This document shows positions 39,385-51,854 of a stretch of DNA of 60,128 bases, piece by piece. The position numbers and the translations under genes are program-made. This DNA comes from Octopus bimaculoides (lineage: Eukaryota): the NCBI RefSeq assembly GCF_001194135.2, contig NC_068994.1, positions 34,400,727 to 34,460,854 of the forward strand. Reading direction: 5' to 3'. The notes under the pieces are model-generated. The model searched no databases, had not been told where the DNA came from, and saw only the letters and a program-made list of their open reading frames with translations. Numbering within the stretch: the stretch's first letter is position 1; each line of letters starts with the position of its first letter.

Positions 39385-39773
39385 AAATTGGGGCAAAATA
39401 TGGAAAATGAGAATGGTATACATTAATAAGATGACAGCATAGAGGAAGGGAGTAAAAGAATAAGGAGATGGAAAGAGAGAAGAAAAAAGAAGCATAAAAG
39501 ATCATAGTTCAACTTTCCGAAGTAATAGGAACCAAAACATGAGTCCTTAGCTGCAGGATTATGCAGGATTACACCTAACACTTATGGATATATGCAGCAT
39601 TGCACCTAAGAACTCATGCTGTGGCTTCTATAACTTCAGGAGGTTGAACTATGAACTTTTATGCTTTTTTCTTCTCTCTTTCCACCTCCTTATTCTTTTA
39701 CTCCCTTCCTCTACCTATGTTGTCATCTTATAAATATATACCATTCTCATTTTCCATATTTTTTCCCCTATTT

Positions 39774-39829
39774 GTCTCTGATGACGGAATATCCCATACT
39801 CCAGGATATCCCAGAAACAGCTGTAAGAT
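39774..39829 (+). ncRNA. Minimal type I hammerhead ribozyme with intact catalytic core (right arm)
   Basis: GTCT(39,774)-CTGATGA(39,778-84)-CGGAATATCC catactcca GGATATCCCA-GAAA(39,814-17)-C-AGCT-G-TA(cleavage predicted after 39,825)-AGAT. Stem III loop is palindromic; stem II has two mismatches, one at the closing pair. Confidence 0.8.
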
Positions 39830-40139
39830 TTTGAATTTCGAAATATTGTATATGCCTTAAGATGTTTGCCTTGCCTTAATGTTTGACATCCTGTTTGACA
39901 ATTAAACACACACACACATATATACACACATACATACCAGCATGGCTGTGTCTATGGAGAATTCTGAAGGTCTAAAAATGTTGATGGACTGGAAAATTTT
40001 ACCATTCTCTAATAAACTCAATGGAACCCACATAAAAATAGAAATTCTTCAATGAAAGGTGTAAAACTAGACATACTTCCTGGCATTTTAACATCTCCAG
40101 TCCTTCATTTGATAGTGACTACTAGTGATATGATACTAG

Positions 40140-41010
40140 ACATGCAATGGCTGTCTGGTTAAGAGGTATGCTTTCCAGCCATATGCACTTGGGTCCAGTC
40201 CAATCGTGTGGTACCTTCATCAAGTATTTTCTTTCTATAGCCCCGGACTCACCAAAGCCCTGTGAATGAATTTGGTAGATGGAAAGTGAAAGAAATCTAT
40301 CACATATGTATCAATGTCAAGACAAGTACAAATGCACATTAATACAAATACATACACACATGCATGTGTCAGGCTTTTTTCAGTTTCCATCAACAAAATC
40401 TATTTCCAAGGCCTTGGTCAGCCCAGGGTTATAGAAGAAGAGTTATAATTGCCCAAGATGCCATGCAATGTGAACTGCAAACCATATGGTTGATTAAGAA
40501 GTTTATATTTCTCAGTAATTTTTTTAAAAAATTATTAATTATTTCAAGTTTATTTTATAAGAATATCTAAAGTCTATTGTTTGTTCAACTAAATCCCATT
40601 CTTAAATGTTTTGCAGACAAGGATGACTAATGTTGATTCAAGCTGAAACTGAAAATCATTTGCAAAACATATTTCTAGAATGTCAGAGTTGCATCAAAGT
40701 TTGTTGATGTAACAATGATGAGACTTGTTGAAAATTAATAATCTCAAAATTAAAACTGTTTGAAAAAAATTTATGTATTCCTTCATGCATGCTTTACACT
40801 GATCACTTTTTCTGAACCCAATATATATATGTATTCACACACACACACATAAAAACAGGTACCTTTCAATTTCTGTCCACTAAATCCACTAACAAGGCTT
40901 TGTTTAGTTTAGAGCTAAGGCAGAAGACATTTACCTCAGATGCCATGCAGAGTGACTGAACCTGGAACTAAGTGTTTGAGAAGCAAACTTCTTAACCACA
41001 CAGCTACATC
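40140..41010. mobile_element. Three degenerate family A SINE heads (40,140 plus; 40,370 minus; 40,860 minus)
   Basis: CAAAGCCCTGTGAATGAATTTGGTAG and reverse-complement equivalents. Confidence 0.65.
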
Positions 41011-41159
41011 TCATATGCACACACTCATACATTCATGCTCCTACAAATATGTACACATATGTATACATACACACACTTTTGTCACGCCATACTAAAAGTG
41101 TCTTTTCACACAGATAAGTCATTCTCTTTTTATATGTGTGTATGTATATGCATGTGTGC

Positions 41160-41204
<45 letters not shown>

Positions 41205-41765
41205 GAAAGAGAGAGATGTGTACTTATAGGTGCATGTCTGTTCTTACCAACACACATACATACATATATCTGAATATATGTATGTCTCCTATGAAATTTG
41301 TCCAATACACAAAGCTCCCTAGAGCCAAGCAGCAGGCTAGAGAAATGTCATGATCCAAAGTGTTGGAAGCAAATCCCGATATATCCAATATCCAATAACA
41401 CAGATTAATCGGTTTTCTTTAATTCCTGCTATCCACTTTGCCTGGTCAACAGCAGATTGTAGTTTCTCTGCCTTCCATCCTAACCCCAACCTTTCCTACC
41501 TCCCATTTTTCTGCGGTATCTTTGGCCTCCATTCTCTCTTCCTTTTGTTTTGTTTACACACCTATCTTCGTCATTTGTTCTCATTTTAAGTGTTTGGGCG
41601 TATGTGTGTTTATGTGTGTGTGTGTGTATATGTATGCATGAGTTGAATGTGTGTGTGTGTGTGTGTGTGTATGTTTTTATATGTATGCTTATATGCATGC
41701 AGTTCTGTGTGTGTGTGTGTGTTTGCATATATATATGCATGCATATGTATATGCATATATATTTC

Positions 41766-41807
<42 letters not shown>

Positions 41808-42773
41808 TGAGTGAGAGAGAGAGAGAGAGATTTATACACACAAGCATATATACATACATATATGTATGCATGTATATATAACTATGTACACACACACACA
41901 AATATATATGCATATATATATGTATGTATGCATATATATATGCAAATACACACACACACACATACATGTATATATGCATGCATACATACATAAATATATA
42001 ACCATACAATCTATGCCAGCATCGAAGATGTATATTAAATGATGGTATATTTATATACATATGTCTACACACACACATTTATATATGCATATAAACATAC
42101 TCACACACAATGCAATGTTCTCTACAGTTTTTGCACATGTCTATATCAAGGTACGACAACTTTTGTGCTATTTGAGGCAGAAACATGTGTTCACAGCTGT
42201 CTTTTTGTCTCCAGAAAAATTATTGTCGTTTCTTTAATGGCATCTTGATTCCAAAGAATTGCACATTCCTTGAGATTATCTGCCTTTCCCATTTGATGCC
42301 ATTCCTAATTGTCACTTGGTGTTTGTTTACCTTCTCTCAAAAACAGAGACACTTTCTATAAAGCAAGAATTTGTCATGCAGATAGATAGTGGATTTTTTA
42401 GCTATGATTGCATACATGAACATCTTTATATGTATTAGTACTTATGTTGATTGTACATCTAAACACACACACACACACCCACACACATGTACACATGTAT
42501 ATAACAGATTAAAGGGGATTTAGAAATCCAAGTGGTTACCTCCATCAACATTCCGGTGAATATTGGCTTGCAAAGTACATAGAAATGGATAGATTTCCTT
42601 AAAGGAAAACATTTTGAACAAACTGAAATTCCAGAAAGAAATTGTTAGTTACAGACTATAGCGCAGAAAGTTCAAAAATGGAAATGTTGGTACTACTTTC
42701 TTCAACTTATTGTATGAGTATGTATATAAGATTGTGTAAGTTCATATTTATATATATACACACAAATGTGTGC

Positions 42774-42813
<40 letters not shown>

Positions 42814-42815
<2 letters not shown>

Positions 42816-43018
42816 TTCGCCATGATAGATTGCTGACCACTAACTACATTTATATTTTTTTCTCCTTGTTTCTCTCCTTATTTCTTTCTGTGTTCCTTTC
42901 AGTTGAAGAGCGTAGCTCAAAACGTCAAAGACTTTCTCTATTCCCGAGCGTTAAACTAATACATCCATTTGTTGTTTACACCACCTGTCTTCGTCTGTTG
43001 TTTTTTTCGTAAATTCTC

Positions 43019-43020
<2 letters not shown>
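42814..43020 (+). mobile_element. ~210 bp element inserted in (TA)n, containing a hammerhead-like fold
   Basis: Non-repetitive CpG-retaining block bounded by (TA)n on both sides; CTTT-CAGTTGA-A-GAGC gta GCTC-AAAA-C-GT-C-AAAG at 42,896-42,930. Confidence 0.5.
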
Positions 43021-43067
<47 letters not shown>

Positions 43068-43409
43068 CACACATATATATATATATATAGTTATTAGTGA
43101 GGGGTTATCAATCCAAGCAAAATACTCTATAAGCTCTCTGTTAGTACATCAGGCTAACGATATTGTTTAGATTAGTAAAGAACTCTGCGTATTCTGGTGG
43201 CAGAGTCTGAGGTCATAGTTCATCACCATTCTATATTGTAAATCCATGGTTTTATTCCAGTTATATTGGTTCTTTTACAGTATGATATACAAGACAAAGC
43301 ATAAATGATAGATGGATAGATAGATAGATGTAGAGAGAGAGACACACACACACACACACACAGTCCAATGAAGGCTAGCAGGTTGAAACTTCAAAGTCAC
43401 TGTTAGCCC

Positions 43410-43600
43410 TCATCATCATCATTTAACATCTGCCTTTCATGCTGGCATGGGTTGGACGGTTTGACAAGAGCTGGCTAGGCATGAGCCTACACCAAACTTC
43501 TATGCATGTTTTGGCACAGTTTTTACAGCTGGATGCCCTTCCTAACACCGACCACCCAGCAGAGTGGACAGAGTGCATTTCACATAGCACAAGCAAAGGT
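43410..43600 (-). mobile_element. Family D repeat 3' part
   Basis: CATCATCATCATTTAACATC...CATGCTGGCATGGGTTGGAC...GGATGCCCTTCCTAAC. Confidence 0.75.
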
Positions 43601-44399
43601 GAGGTCACCTTCTCATAAAACTATATGTATTCTACAAAAGAATATTGAGTAATTCTACAGTTTAATGTACAATTGTTTCTATTATAACTTGATATAAAAA
43701 ACAAGCATGAATATCGGCATAATGTGACTGAATTGTTAATAAGTTTACTTTGCAACCATGAGATTCCAGGTTCATTCCACAGCATGACAGCTTAAGCAAA
43801 TGTCATTTTCTATAGCCTCAAGCTGACTCATACTCTCCAAATAAAATTGGATCAATGGAAACTGTACAGAATCCTGTGATACTGATTCTTCTTGAGAATT
43901 ACATTAAGGGTATGTGTGTGTGTGTGTGTGTGTGTGTAGAACATACAGCCATTTACCATTCAGGAGCAGGTAGTCCAGTTGATTAAACATCTGAATCCTC
44001 ATTGTTGAACAATGGAAACCCACCACCTTATACACACACACACACACACATTACTGATATCTTAAGAATTCATAAACTTTCAGGAGGGCATGAAATAACT
44101 CTGCTTTGGAACAGTGGGTCTTGAACCACTCAAAGCTATAAATAATGGCGTGTAAAGTTTGGGTTGGGCAGCCTTCAGCTTTTATATCTAAAAGTGATTT
44201 TTAATCCAATATTTACATTCTATTATGTATAGTTCTTTTTTTATATATTATAATATATTATAGTTTGTGTGTGTGTGTGTGTGTGTGCGTGCTTCAAGAT
44301 CCACTGTTCCAAAAAAAAAGTGTAGGTATGTAACCATCTGTCTATCAAATATATTTATATATCTGATTCCACTCTGTGTGTGTGTGTGTGTGTGTGTGT

Positions 44400-44595
44400 T
44401 TAATTGTTTCCATCATTGGACTGCAGCCATACTGGGGCAACCCCAGAACTTGGTCTTTTCTGTCTGGCATTTATTTTATTTATCTCTTTTGCTAAACACC
44501 TATATTACGAGGAACATCAACAAACCAACACTAGTTGTCAAGCAATGGGTGAGGAAAATGACATACATAAACACAATGCCACATACACTACCTCT

Positions 44596-44647
<52 letters not shown>

Positions 44648-45150
44648 TATATATATTATATTAAAACTGCAAAATGAACAGTTCTGTGATAATTTTGAAG
44701 CTTTAATAAAAAGTGTATTACTCTAACTTTGGTATTCAGGTACTTTTTTCCGCCTTGTTTTGCACTTATGTGCTCACCTGTGTGTGTATGTGTATGTGTG
44801 TATATATATATATTTATATAAGTTCAAAAAAGGAAAAGGACAAGAAAACAACAACAAAAAACAACGTGAGGACGTGATACAGATTATGTTACTAGACGCT
44901 CGGGAAAGGAAAGAGAGAGAATATATATATATACACATACACACACTGCATATATATAGTTATATATATCTACATACATACATACATACATGTCTGGTTT
45001 CAACACTGTTTCCATCAACCAAATTCACTGTCAATGAATTTGTCAGCCCAGGGCTATAGTAGAAGACACTTTTCCCAAGGTGATGTGCATTGGGACAGAA
45101 CCCAAAATCACATGACGCCAAAGCTAGCTTCTTAACCACACAGCCATGCA
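44400..45150 (-). mobile_element. Degenerate family A SINE fragments (44,400-44,560 and 44,995-45,150)
   Basis: GACTGCAGCCATACTGG and AAATTCACT...GAAGACACTT...GGGACAGAACC. Confidence 0.65.
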
Positions 45151-45173
45151 TGTATACATACATACACATATAT

Positions 45174-45220
<47 letters not shown>

Positions 45221-45769
45221 NNNNNNNNNNNNNNNNNNNNNNNNNNNNNNNNNNNNNNNNNNNNNNNNNNNNNNNNNNNNNNNNNNNNNNNNNNNNNNNN
45301 NNNNNNNNNNNNNNNNNNNNNNNNNNNNNNNNNNNNNNNNNNNNNNNNNNNNNNNNNNNNNNNNNNNNNNNNNNNNNNNNNNNNNNNNNNNNNNNNNNNN
45401 NNNNNNNNNNNNNNNNNNNNNNNNNNNNNNNNNNNNNNNNNNNNNNNNNNNNNNNNNNNNNNNNNNNNNNNNNNNNNNNNNNNNNNNNNNNNNNNNNNNN
45501 NNNNNNNNNNATATATATATATATATATAAAGAGCTCCAGTATCAAACACTCATCATCAGGTACATAATCAGCATGCACATCATCATTACAATCACCACA
45601 GTCAAATATCAACATTGACATCATCATCATCATCATGCACCTCGTCATCATCACCTTAGGTTTATCTTTGGCTCATTCCCCAATGGGCATTATTCCATGG
45701 TTCTTTGTGTTGGGTGGCCAGAGTGACTATCAATCATCATAACTTAGGAAGTGAGAAACTGCAGGGAGT

Positions 45770-45990
45770 TGATGATAATGGTGATGATAATGGTGATGAT
45801 GGTGGTGATGATGGTGGTGGTGGTTACGTTGGTGGAGAGGAATTTGGAGTTGTTTGTAATGGTGCTAGTAACAGTGGTGGTGGTGGTGGTGGTGGTGGTG
45901 GTAGCGGATGTTTACAATGGTGTTAAGTGGTGGTGGTGGTGGCGGTGACGGTGGTTGTAAGATAGGAGCTGGACTTGTTTGTAGTGGTGC

Positions 45991-46025
<35 letters not shown>

Positions 46026-46350
46026 CCAGTGGTGGTGGTAGTAGTGGATGTTTATGACGGTGTTAAATAGTGGTGGTTCTGATGGTGGTAACATTTGCGT
46101 TGGTGGTGGTGGTGGTGGTGTTGGTGGTGGCGGTATTGGCTGTGGTTGTGAGGTAGGAGCTGGAGCTGTTTGTAGTGGCGTTAGTAATAGATGTGGTCGT
46201 GTTGGTGGTGGTGATGATGGTTTTGGCAGTGGTCATGGTGGTGCTGAGGTGTTGAACAGTGTTGTTGATGATGGCAGCAGCAGATGGTTTTGGTGGTGTT
46301 AAATAGTGTTGGTAGTGGTAGTGGTGGTGGTGGTATTGGTAGTGGTGGCA
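45770..46350. repeat. (GGT/AGT)n tract with three embedded copies of a ~35 bp unique motif
   Basis: GGAGCTGGAGCTGTTTGTAGTGG-like units at ~45,835, 45,962 and 46,153. Confidence 0.75.
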
Positions 46351-47179
46351 ACAGCTGATCTTGGTGGTGTAAATAAAGCCTGGCACTAGTGGACACATCA
46401 CAGTGGGACTCCTGAGGCAAGTGTACATATATCTGTGAACAATGAATGTCATTCTAAATATGTGTGTGCGTGTGTCTGTGTGTGTGTAAATATTTCTTTG
46501 AGTGTATGTGTAAACGTGCTTTCTGAATATGTGTGTGTGTTTGTGTGAAGTTGATAGTGATGGTGATGGTGAAGGTTAAAGAAAGGTGTCTCGGTTTAGT
46601 AAGACGTGCAGGTTCAGGTGGACATTATCAAAGGAGAGAGAGATGAAAGGAGAAAGCAATGAAAGAAAGGTAGAACATGATAAAAATAAAATAAGAAAAA
46701 CCTGAGAAGAAGAATTAGAGAGAAAATGGTAAATGGTGAGGCCATTGATGGTATATGGCGAGGCCACTGAGACAAAGAAATGAAAGAAAAGGTAAAAAAA
46801 GATAAAGAATAAAGGAAGAGAATGTAGGTCATTGTCCAGTGAGATCTTGGAATTTAGGAGTAAAATCCCCTTTAGGGTTAAAAGTGTAGTATATTCTTGA
46901 ACTGTTCTTCAAACTGAGTTAATTGAGTTAAAACACCTGAATTACTTGTGATGATTATAAACCAATGAAGGTCTCTCTATGTTCATTTAACCTAGTAGAA
47001 ATAGCAGTCGTATACTATCTTAAAGAAGGACATAGTTGTGTGGTTTAGATGCTTGCTTCCTAACCACATAGTTTCATGTTTATGCTTACAGTTGTGGCAC
47101 CTTAGGAAATTGTCTTCTTCCATAACTCTGAGCTGATCAAAGCCTTGTAGGTAGATTTTGTAGGTGGAAAATGAAAATA

Positions 47180-47485
47180 TGCAGTCAGCGAGATCGTTGC
47201 CAGTGCTGCCGAACTGGCTCCTGTGCAGGCGGCACATAAAATACACCATTTTGAGCATGGCCATTGCCAGTACCTCCTGACTGGCCTTCATGCCGGTGGC
47301 ACGTAAAAGCACCCACTACACTCTCGAAGTGGTTGGCATTAGGAAGGGCATCCAGCTGTAGAAACTCTACCAAATCAGATTGGAGCCTGGTGTAGCCTTC
47401 TGGTTTCACCAGTCCTCAGTCAAATCGTCCAACCCATGCTAGCATGGAAAGCGGACGTTAAACAACGATGATGATGATGATGATG
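47180..47485 (+). mobile_element. Well-preserved family D repeat with CCATGCTAGCATGG palindrome and (GAT)n tail
   Basis: GGAAGGGCATCCAGCTGTAGAAAC...CCCATGCTAGCATGGAAAGCGGACGTTAAACAACGATGATG. Confidence 0.85.
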
Positions 47486-48125
47486 TCGGCATTTGGTGAA
47501 TTATGTTTTTTAAGGAATCATCACAGTATGCATCAGTTACCAAGTTTCAATCAGCAGAAAGAGAATATCCAGCAACATCCTTGTAGCACATGTGCATAGG
47601 ACATAATGTGATAGATAATAACCCTGGCTGTCTTTCTATGTCCTTGGTATACTTACAGTTGTCTCTTGTTGTTGGTCCAGGAAATTACTGACAAAAGGAA
47701 AAAGTTGGCTATCTGAGACACCCTTCCCTCATTGTAATCCAGTTTCAGTGTAAGACAAAATTTGAACAGTTCCAAACCACAAATAGAAGGCAGATCTATT
47801 GTTGCACATCTGGGACAATGAAATACCACTGTTTCTCAAGTTTCCTTACTTGTAAAGGTACACAGAAAGTTAAAAGAAAACAATTGCAAGTAAACAGTCG
47901 CTCAACTTGCAAAACTAGCAATCAGACTTCCTTCAATTTACGTTCTGTTGTCTTAAGGACATATCAGATAATTATGTCAATAGAAAAAGGGCATTCTCAA
48001 TACTGAATCATCTAACCAATCTAGTAAGACACTGGGGCTAAAGAACTATTGCAATTTTAGGAAAAATTAAACAGGTTCTGAATTCTAATGTAATGAAACA
48101 TGATGACAACAAATGGTGGGGGACA

Positions 48126-48168
<43 letters not shown>

Positions 48169-48574
48169 CCAGTTCAAAACTAATCATGCACAACAGCCAT
48201 TGAAACCAAAGACTTGTGTGCTGAAGCATTGTCCTAATGGAAAAAGTTTTTCTGGGCACTTGGTCTTGATAGCCTTTCATAACGGCCTTAGCAAGTTGGC
48301 ATTGAACTTTCCAATGATGGTGTGATCATTTTGAAGATAGTCAACAAGCACAATATTTTTTGCATTAATGTATAGTATATGTAATATTGTGAAGTATATT
48401 TTGCATACTGAAATGTTTAATTTCAGAAATATATCAAGCAAAGCAAACATGAGCAGTAAAAATACAAATTGCAATTACTTAAAAATGTGGGACACTACAT
48501 GACGGAAACCAAAAAAAAAAAGAAAAAAAATTGTGGTGCTTCTGTTCCAAAGGTACGATAAGAGGGCTCAGGAG

Positions 48575-48830
48575 AAGGTACTACTCATTTTTGCCAGCTG
48601 AATGGACTGGAGCAATGTGAAATAAAGTGTCTTGCTCAAGGACACAACTTGCCACTGGGAATTGAACTCATAACCCTACAATCATGAGCCAAATACCCAA
48701 ACCACTAAGTCTACCAAATCCACTCACAAGGCTTTGGTCGTCCTGAGGGTATAATAGAAGACACTTGCCCAAGATGCCATGCAGTGGGACTGAACCTATA
48801 ACCATGTGGTTGAGAAGTGAGCTTCTTACC
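48575..48830 (-). mobile_element. Adjacent family C head (48,575-48,705) and family A head (48,705-48,830)
   Basis: GTCTTGCTCAAGGACACA...CCTAAACCAC-like segment, then CAAATCCACTCACAAGGC...GGGACTGAACC. Confidence 0.75.
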
Positions 48831-49719
48831 ACACACACATATATATGTGTGTGTGTATGTATACACTCACTCACACACACATACAGTGAAACAGATGAAC
48901 TGATTAAAAAACTGCACAGGAGGTAGCAAATTGAAAAATCACATACAAGTGGTGGGGAGGGTGGCGGCGTAAGATGTGTGTTCTGGTGTTGGCTGCTGTT
49001 GCTTGTATGAATTGCATGTTTTGTCCCAGGTAAATGAGTGAAATTGCAGTTACTATGTATGCATAGTCTCTTGCATTGAGAAAACTGGCATANNNNNNNN
49101 NNNNNNNNNNNNNNNNNNNNNNNNNNNNNNNNNNNNNNNNNNNNNNNNNNNNNNNNNNNNNNNNNNNNNNNNNNNNNNNNNNNNNNNNNNNNTTGCAGTT
49201 ACTATGTATGCATAGTCTCTTGCATTGAGAAAACTGGCATATTTTGGGGTATCATGCATGTATAGATTTTATTTTATTTACAGTTGACAGATTTATCAAT
49301 GAGCTGTGAGGTATACATTCAACTTGAGGTGGACATTGGTGGGAAGAAAGGCGTGGTAGTAGTAGTGGTTATGGTTGTAGCAGATGAATATTATGGCAAT
49401 GATGATGATGATGGGTCAGTTGTATTATTCAGAGAAAATGAAGAATGTGGATAGTTGGACAGTGAAGGTCTTTTCATTGTAGAGTTTAATAGGCCATCAA
49501 TTGTGCTAGCTTTGAGGAGTCGTCATACTGCTGGTCATGCTGTTGTTGTTGTCATTGCTGCTGCTGCTGCATATATAGATACTTTTAATTTTGATGATGA
49601 TGATGCTTTAGTTCAGTAGTATATACTTCTAGAGAATTCCCTTGGGAATTTTATGACCAACTTCTTCAGTAAACATTTTGGACTTTTTAAAAATTTATTT
49701 TTGTCCTTTGTTCTTGCTT

Positions 49720-49747
49720 TGTGCTGCTGGGGGGACAGACAGACAGG

Positions 49748-49778
<31 letters not shown>

Positions 49779-49950
49779 GTATACACATACAATGGGCGTC
49801 TTTCAGTTTCTGTCTACCAAATCCACTCACAAGGCTTTGGTTGGCCTGAAGCTATAGTAGAAGACACTTGCCCAAGGTGCCATGCAATGGAACTGAACCT
49901 GAAACCAAGTGGTTGGGAAGTAATTTTCTTACCACACAGCCATGCCTGCA
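49720..49950 (-). mobile_element. Family A SINE 5' half
   Basis: CTACCAAATCCACTCACAAGGCTTTGG...GAACTGAACC...CCACACAGCCATGCCTGCACC. Confidence 0.8.
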
Positions 49951-49954
49951 CCAC

Positions 49955-50300
49955 TGTAGTCTATCCAGTCAACATCTGCACACTGTGGCTTACATAGTCA
50001 GCATCTACTCACTTGGTCTATCTGCTTAACATAAACATACTGTAGTCTACCTAGTTAATATCTCCAGTGTTAGTCAACATCTACACAGTGGTCTATCAAT
50101 CCAACATCTATTCATAGTGGTCTACCACTCCAACATCTACTCACAGTGGTCTATCTACCCAACATCAACATATTGTGGTCTATTTACTCAATTTCTGCAC
50201 AATTTAGTCCATTTACCCAACATCTACACACTGGTCTAATCCACCCAACATAGAGACACATAGGTCTGTCTATCCAGTTATCATATACATACCGTGGTCT
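49955..50300. repeat. Degenerate ~28-30 bp minisatellite, consensus ~CAACATCTACACACAGTGGTCTATCTACC
   Basis: About 11 units carrying AACATC...GTGGTCTA. Confidence 0.8.
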
Positions 50301-51647
50301 ATTGAATCCTTAATCCACTGAATAGACTCTATTATCTTTCTAATACACATAGACTGCACTTTCCATCATACACACATACAACACACACACACCATCTCAA
50401 ACACATTATGTATATTATGCACAGCTATGCCTTTCTCTCCCATCTCCCATTTGCACATACACATATCTGTGTGTGTGTGTGTGTGTGTGTGTGTAAGTGT
50501 GTATGTGTGTATAAGTGTTTTATATATACTAAACTGGAAACATTTTAGAGAGCTGGGTTAAGTGACCAAATAGATCCACGGCAGATGCATTTTTTTGTTC
50601 CTGTTTCTTGGTTGAAATAGATGATTATGGAGAGAAAAAAAAATAGTGTTTAGGGGAGGAGGGAGAGGTAAAAGAATACTAGAGATATAGAGAGGGAAAG
50701 GATTGAAAGAGAGACAGAGATAGAAAGGTAAAGAGAAAGTGAGAGAGAGGAACCCTTCAGGATGTTTTCCAGCTGTGACTAACTATTTTCATTTTCTCAC
50801 TATAGTTCTGGGTTTTTTTTTGTTTTGTTTTTCTTATTCCTGTTTTATCTTTGCTTGCATTGTAGAGGTTGTTGTTGTTGTTGTTGATGTTGTTAATATT
50901 GTTGTTGCAGTGCTCTCTTCTCCCCACCATCAATACCACCACCACCATCAACAACAACTACAACAAACATCACAACCATCATTTTCATCGCCACCACCAG
51001 TGCCATCACGACCACCGCCATCATCAGATCTTATGGTGGGGAGGAATGTTGTAGAGGCAGAGATAGAGGTGGGGTGGGGGAACAGAAGCCTGCAGATTTG
51101 AATAGAATTATTTGCCATCAGTTTTCTAGTTCTTTGAAAGCAGGTGGGTTTTACACTCGGATGGGTTTGCCAGAGTTCCAACCACTTTAATGCCATGTGG
51201 AACTGGTGATACTGATTTTCCACATAGCAAAGCTAAGCCAACAACAACAATAACAACAACAACAACAACAGCTACAACAACGACGACAATGATAATAATA
51301 ATAATAATAATAATAATAATGGAAACTAAATTAATGAATAAGCAAATAAAGAATGAAGAAAAGTATAAAAACGGTTGGAGAAAGGAAAACTAGAAAGAAA
51401 GAGAAGCGAAAAATGTAGAAAACTATTCAGTTTTTCACATGAATGAATACACAAATTCACACACAAGTGCAGACATACATATGTATGTGCATGTATTTGT
51501 ATATCAAATGTTTGTTCTTTTAATATCTCTCAGTCCCTCTCTCTTTCTTTCTTTCTCTTTCTCTCTCCCTCTCTACCATGAACACATCACGTATGTACAT
51601 ATAAATGTCTGCATCTCATACGTACAATGCATGCCTGTGCATATGTG

Positions 51648-51695
<48 letters not shown>

Positions 51696-51854
51696 ACACA
51701 AATAAGCAGAGAGGTAGAAAGACATAGATAGATAGATAGATAGATAGATACATACATACATACATACATACATACATAGTTGGACAGAGAGATATATTGA
51801 AACATTTGGTGAATTTTCTACAAACAATTACAATCTCCTCCATATTAGGTAAGT

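Larger units (their letters stand above)
39246..39904. repeat. ~660 bp fold-back (long inverted repeat) with ~310 bp arms and ~45 bp spacer
   Basis: AATTGTTAAACAGGATGTCAAAC...CATGAGTCCTTAG is the reverse complement of CTAAGAACTCATG...GTTTGACATCCTGTTTGACAATT. Identity is roughly 85-90% by eye, with small indels. Confidence 0.95.

Noticed and set aside
42245-42362. Open frames and splice-like sites on both strands in a unique stretch
   Set aside because: No recognisable protein; mutually exclusive weak candidates.
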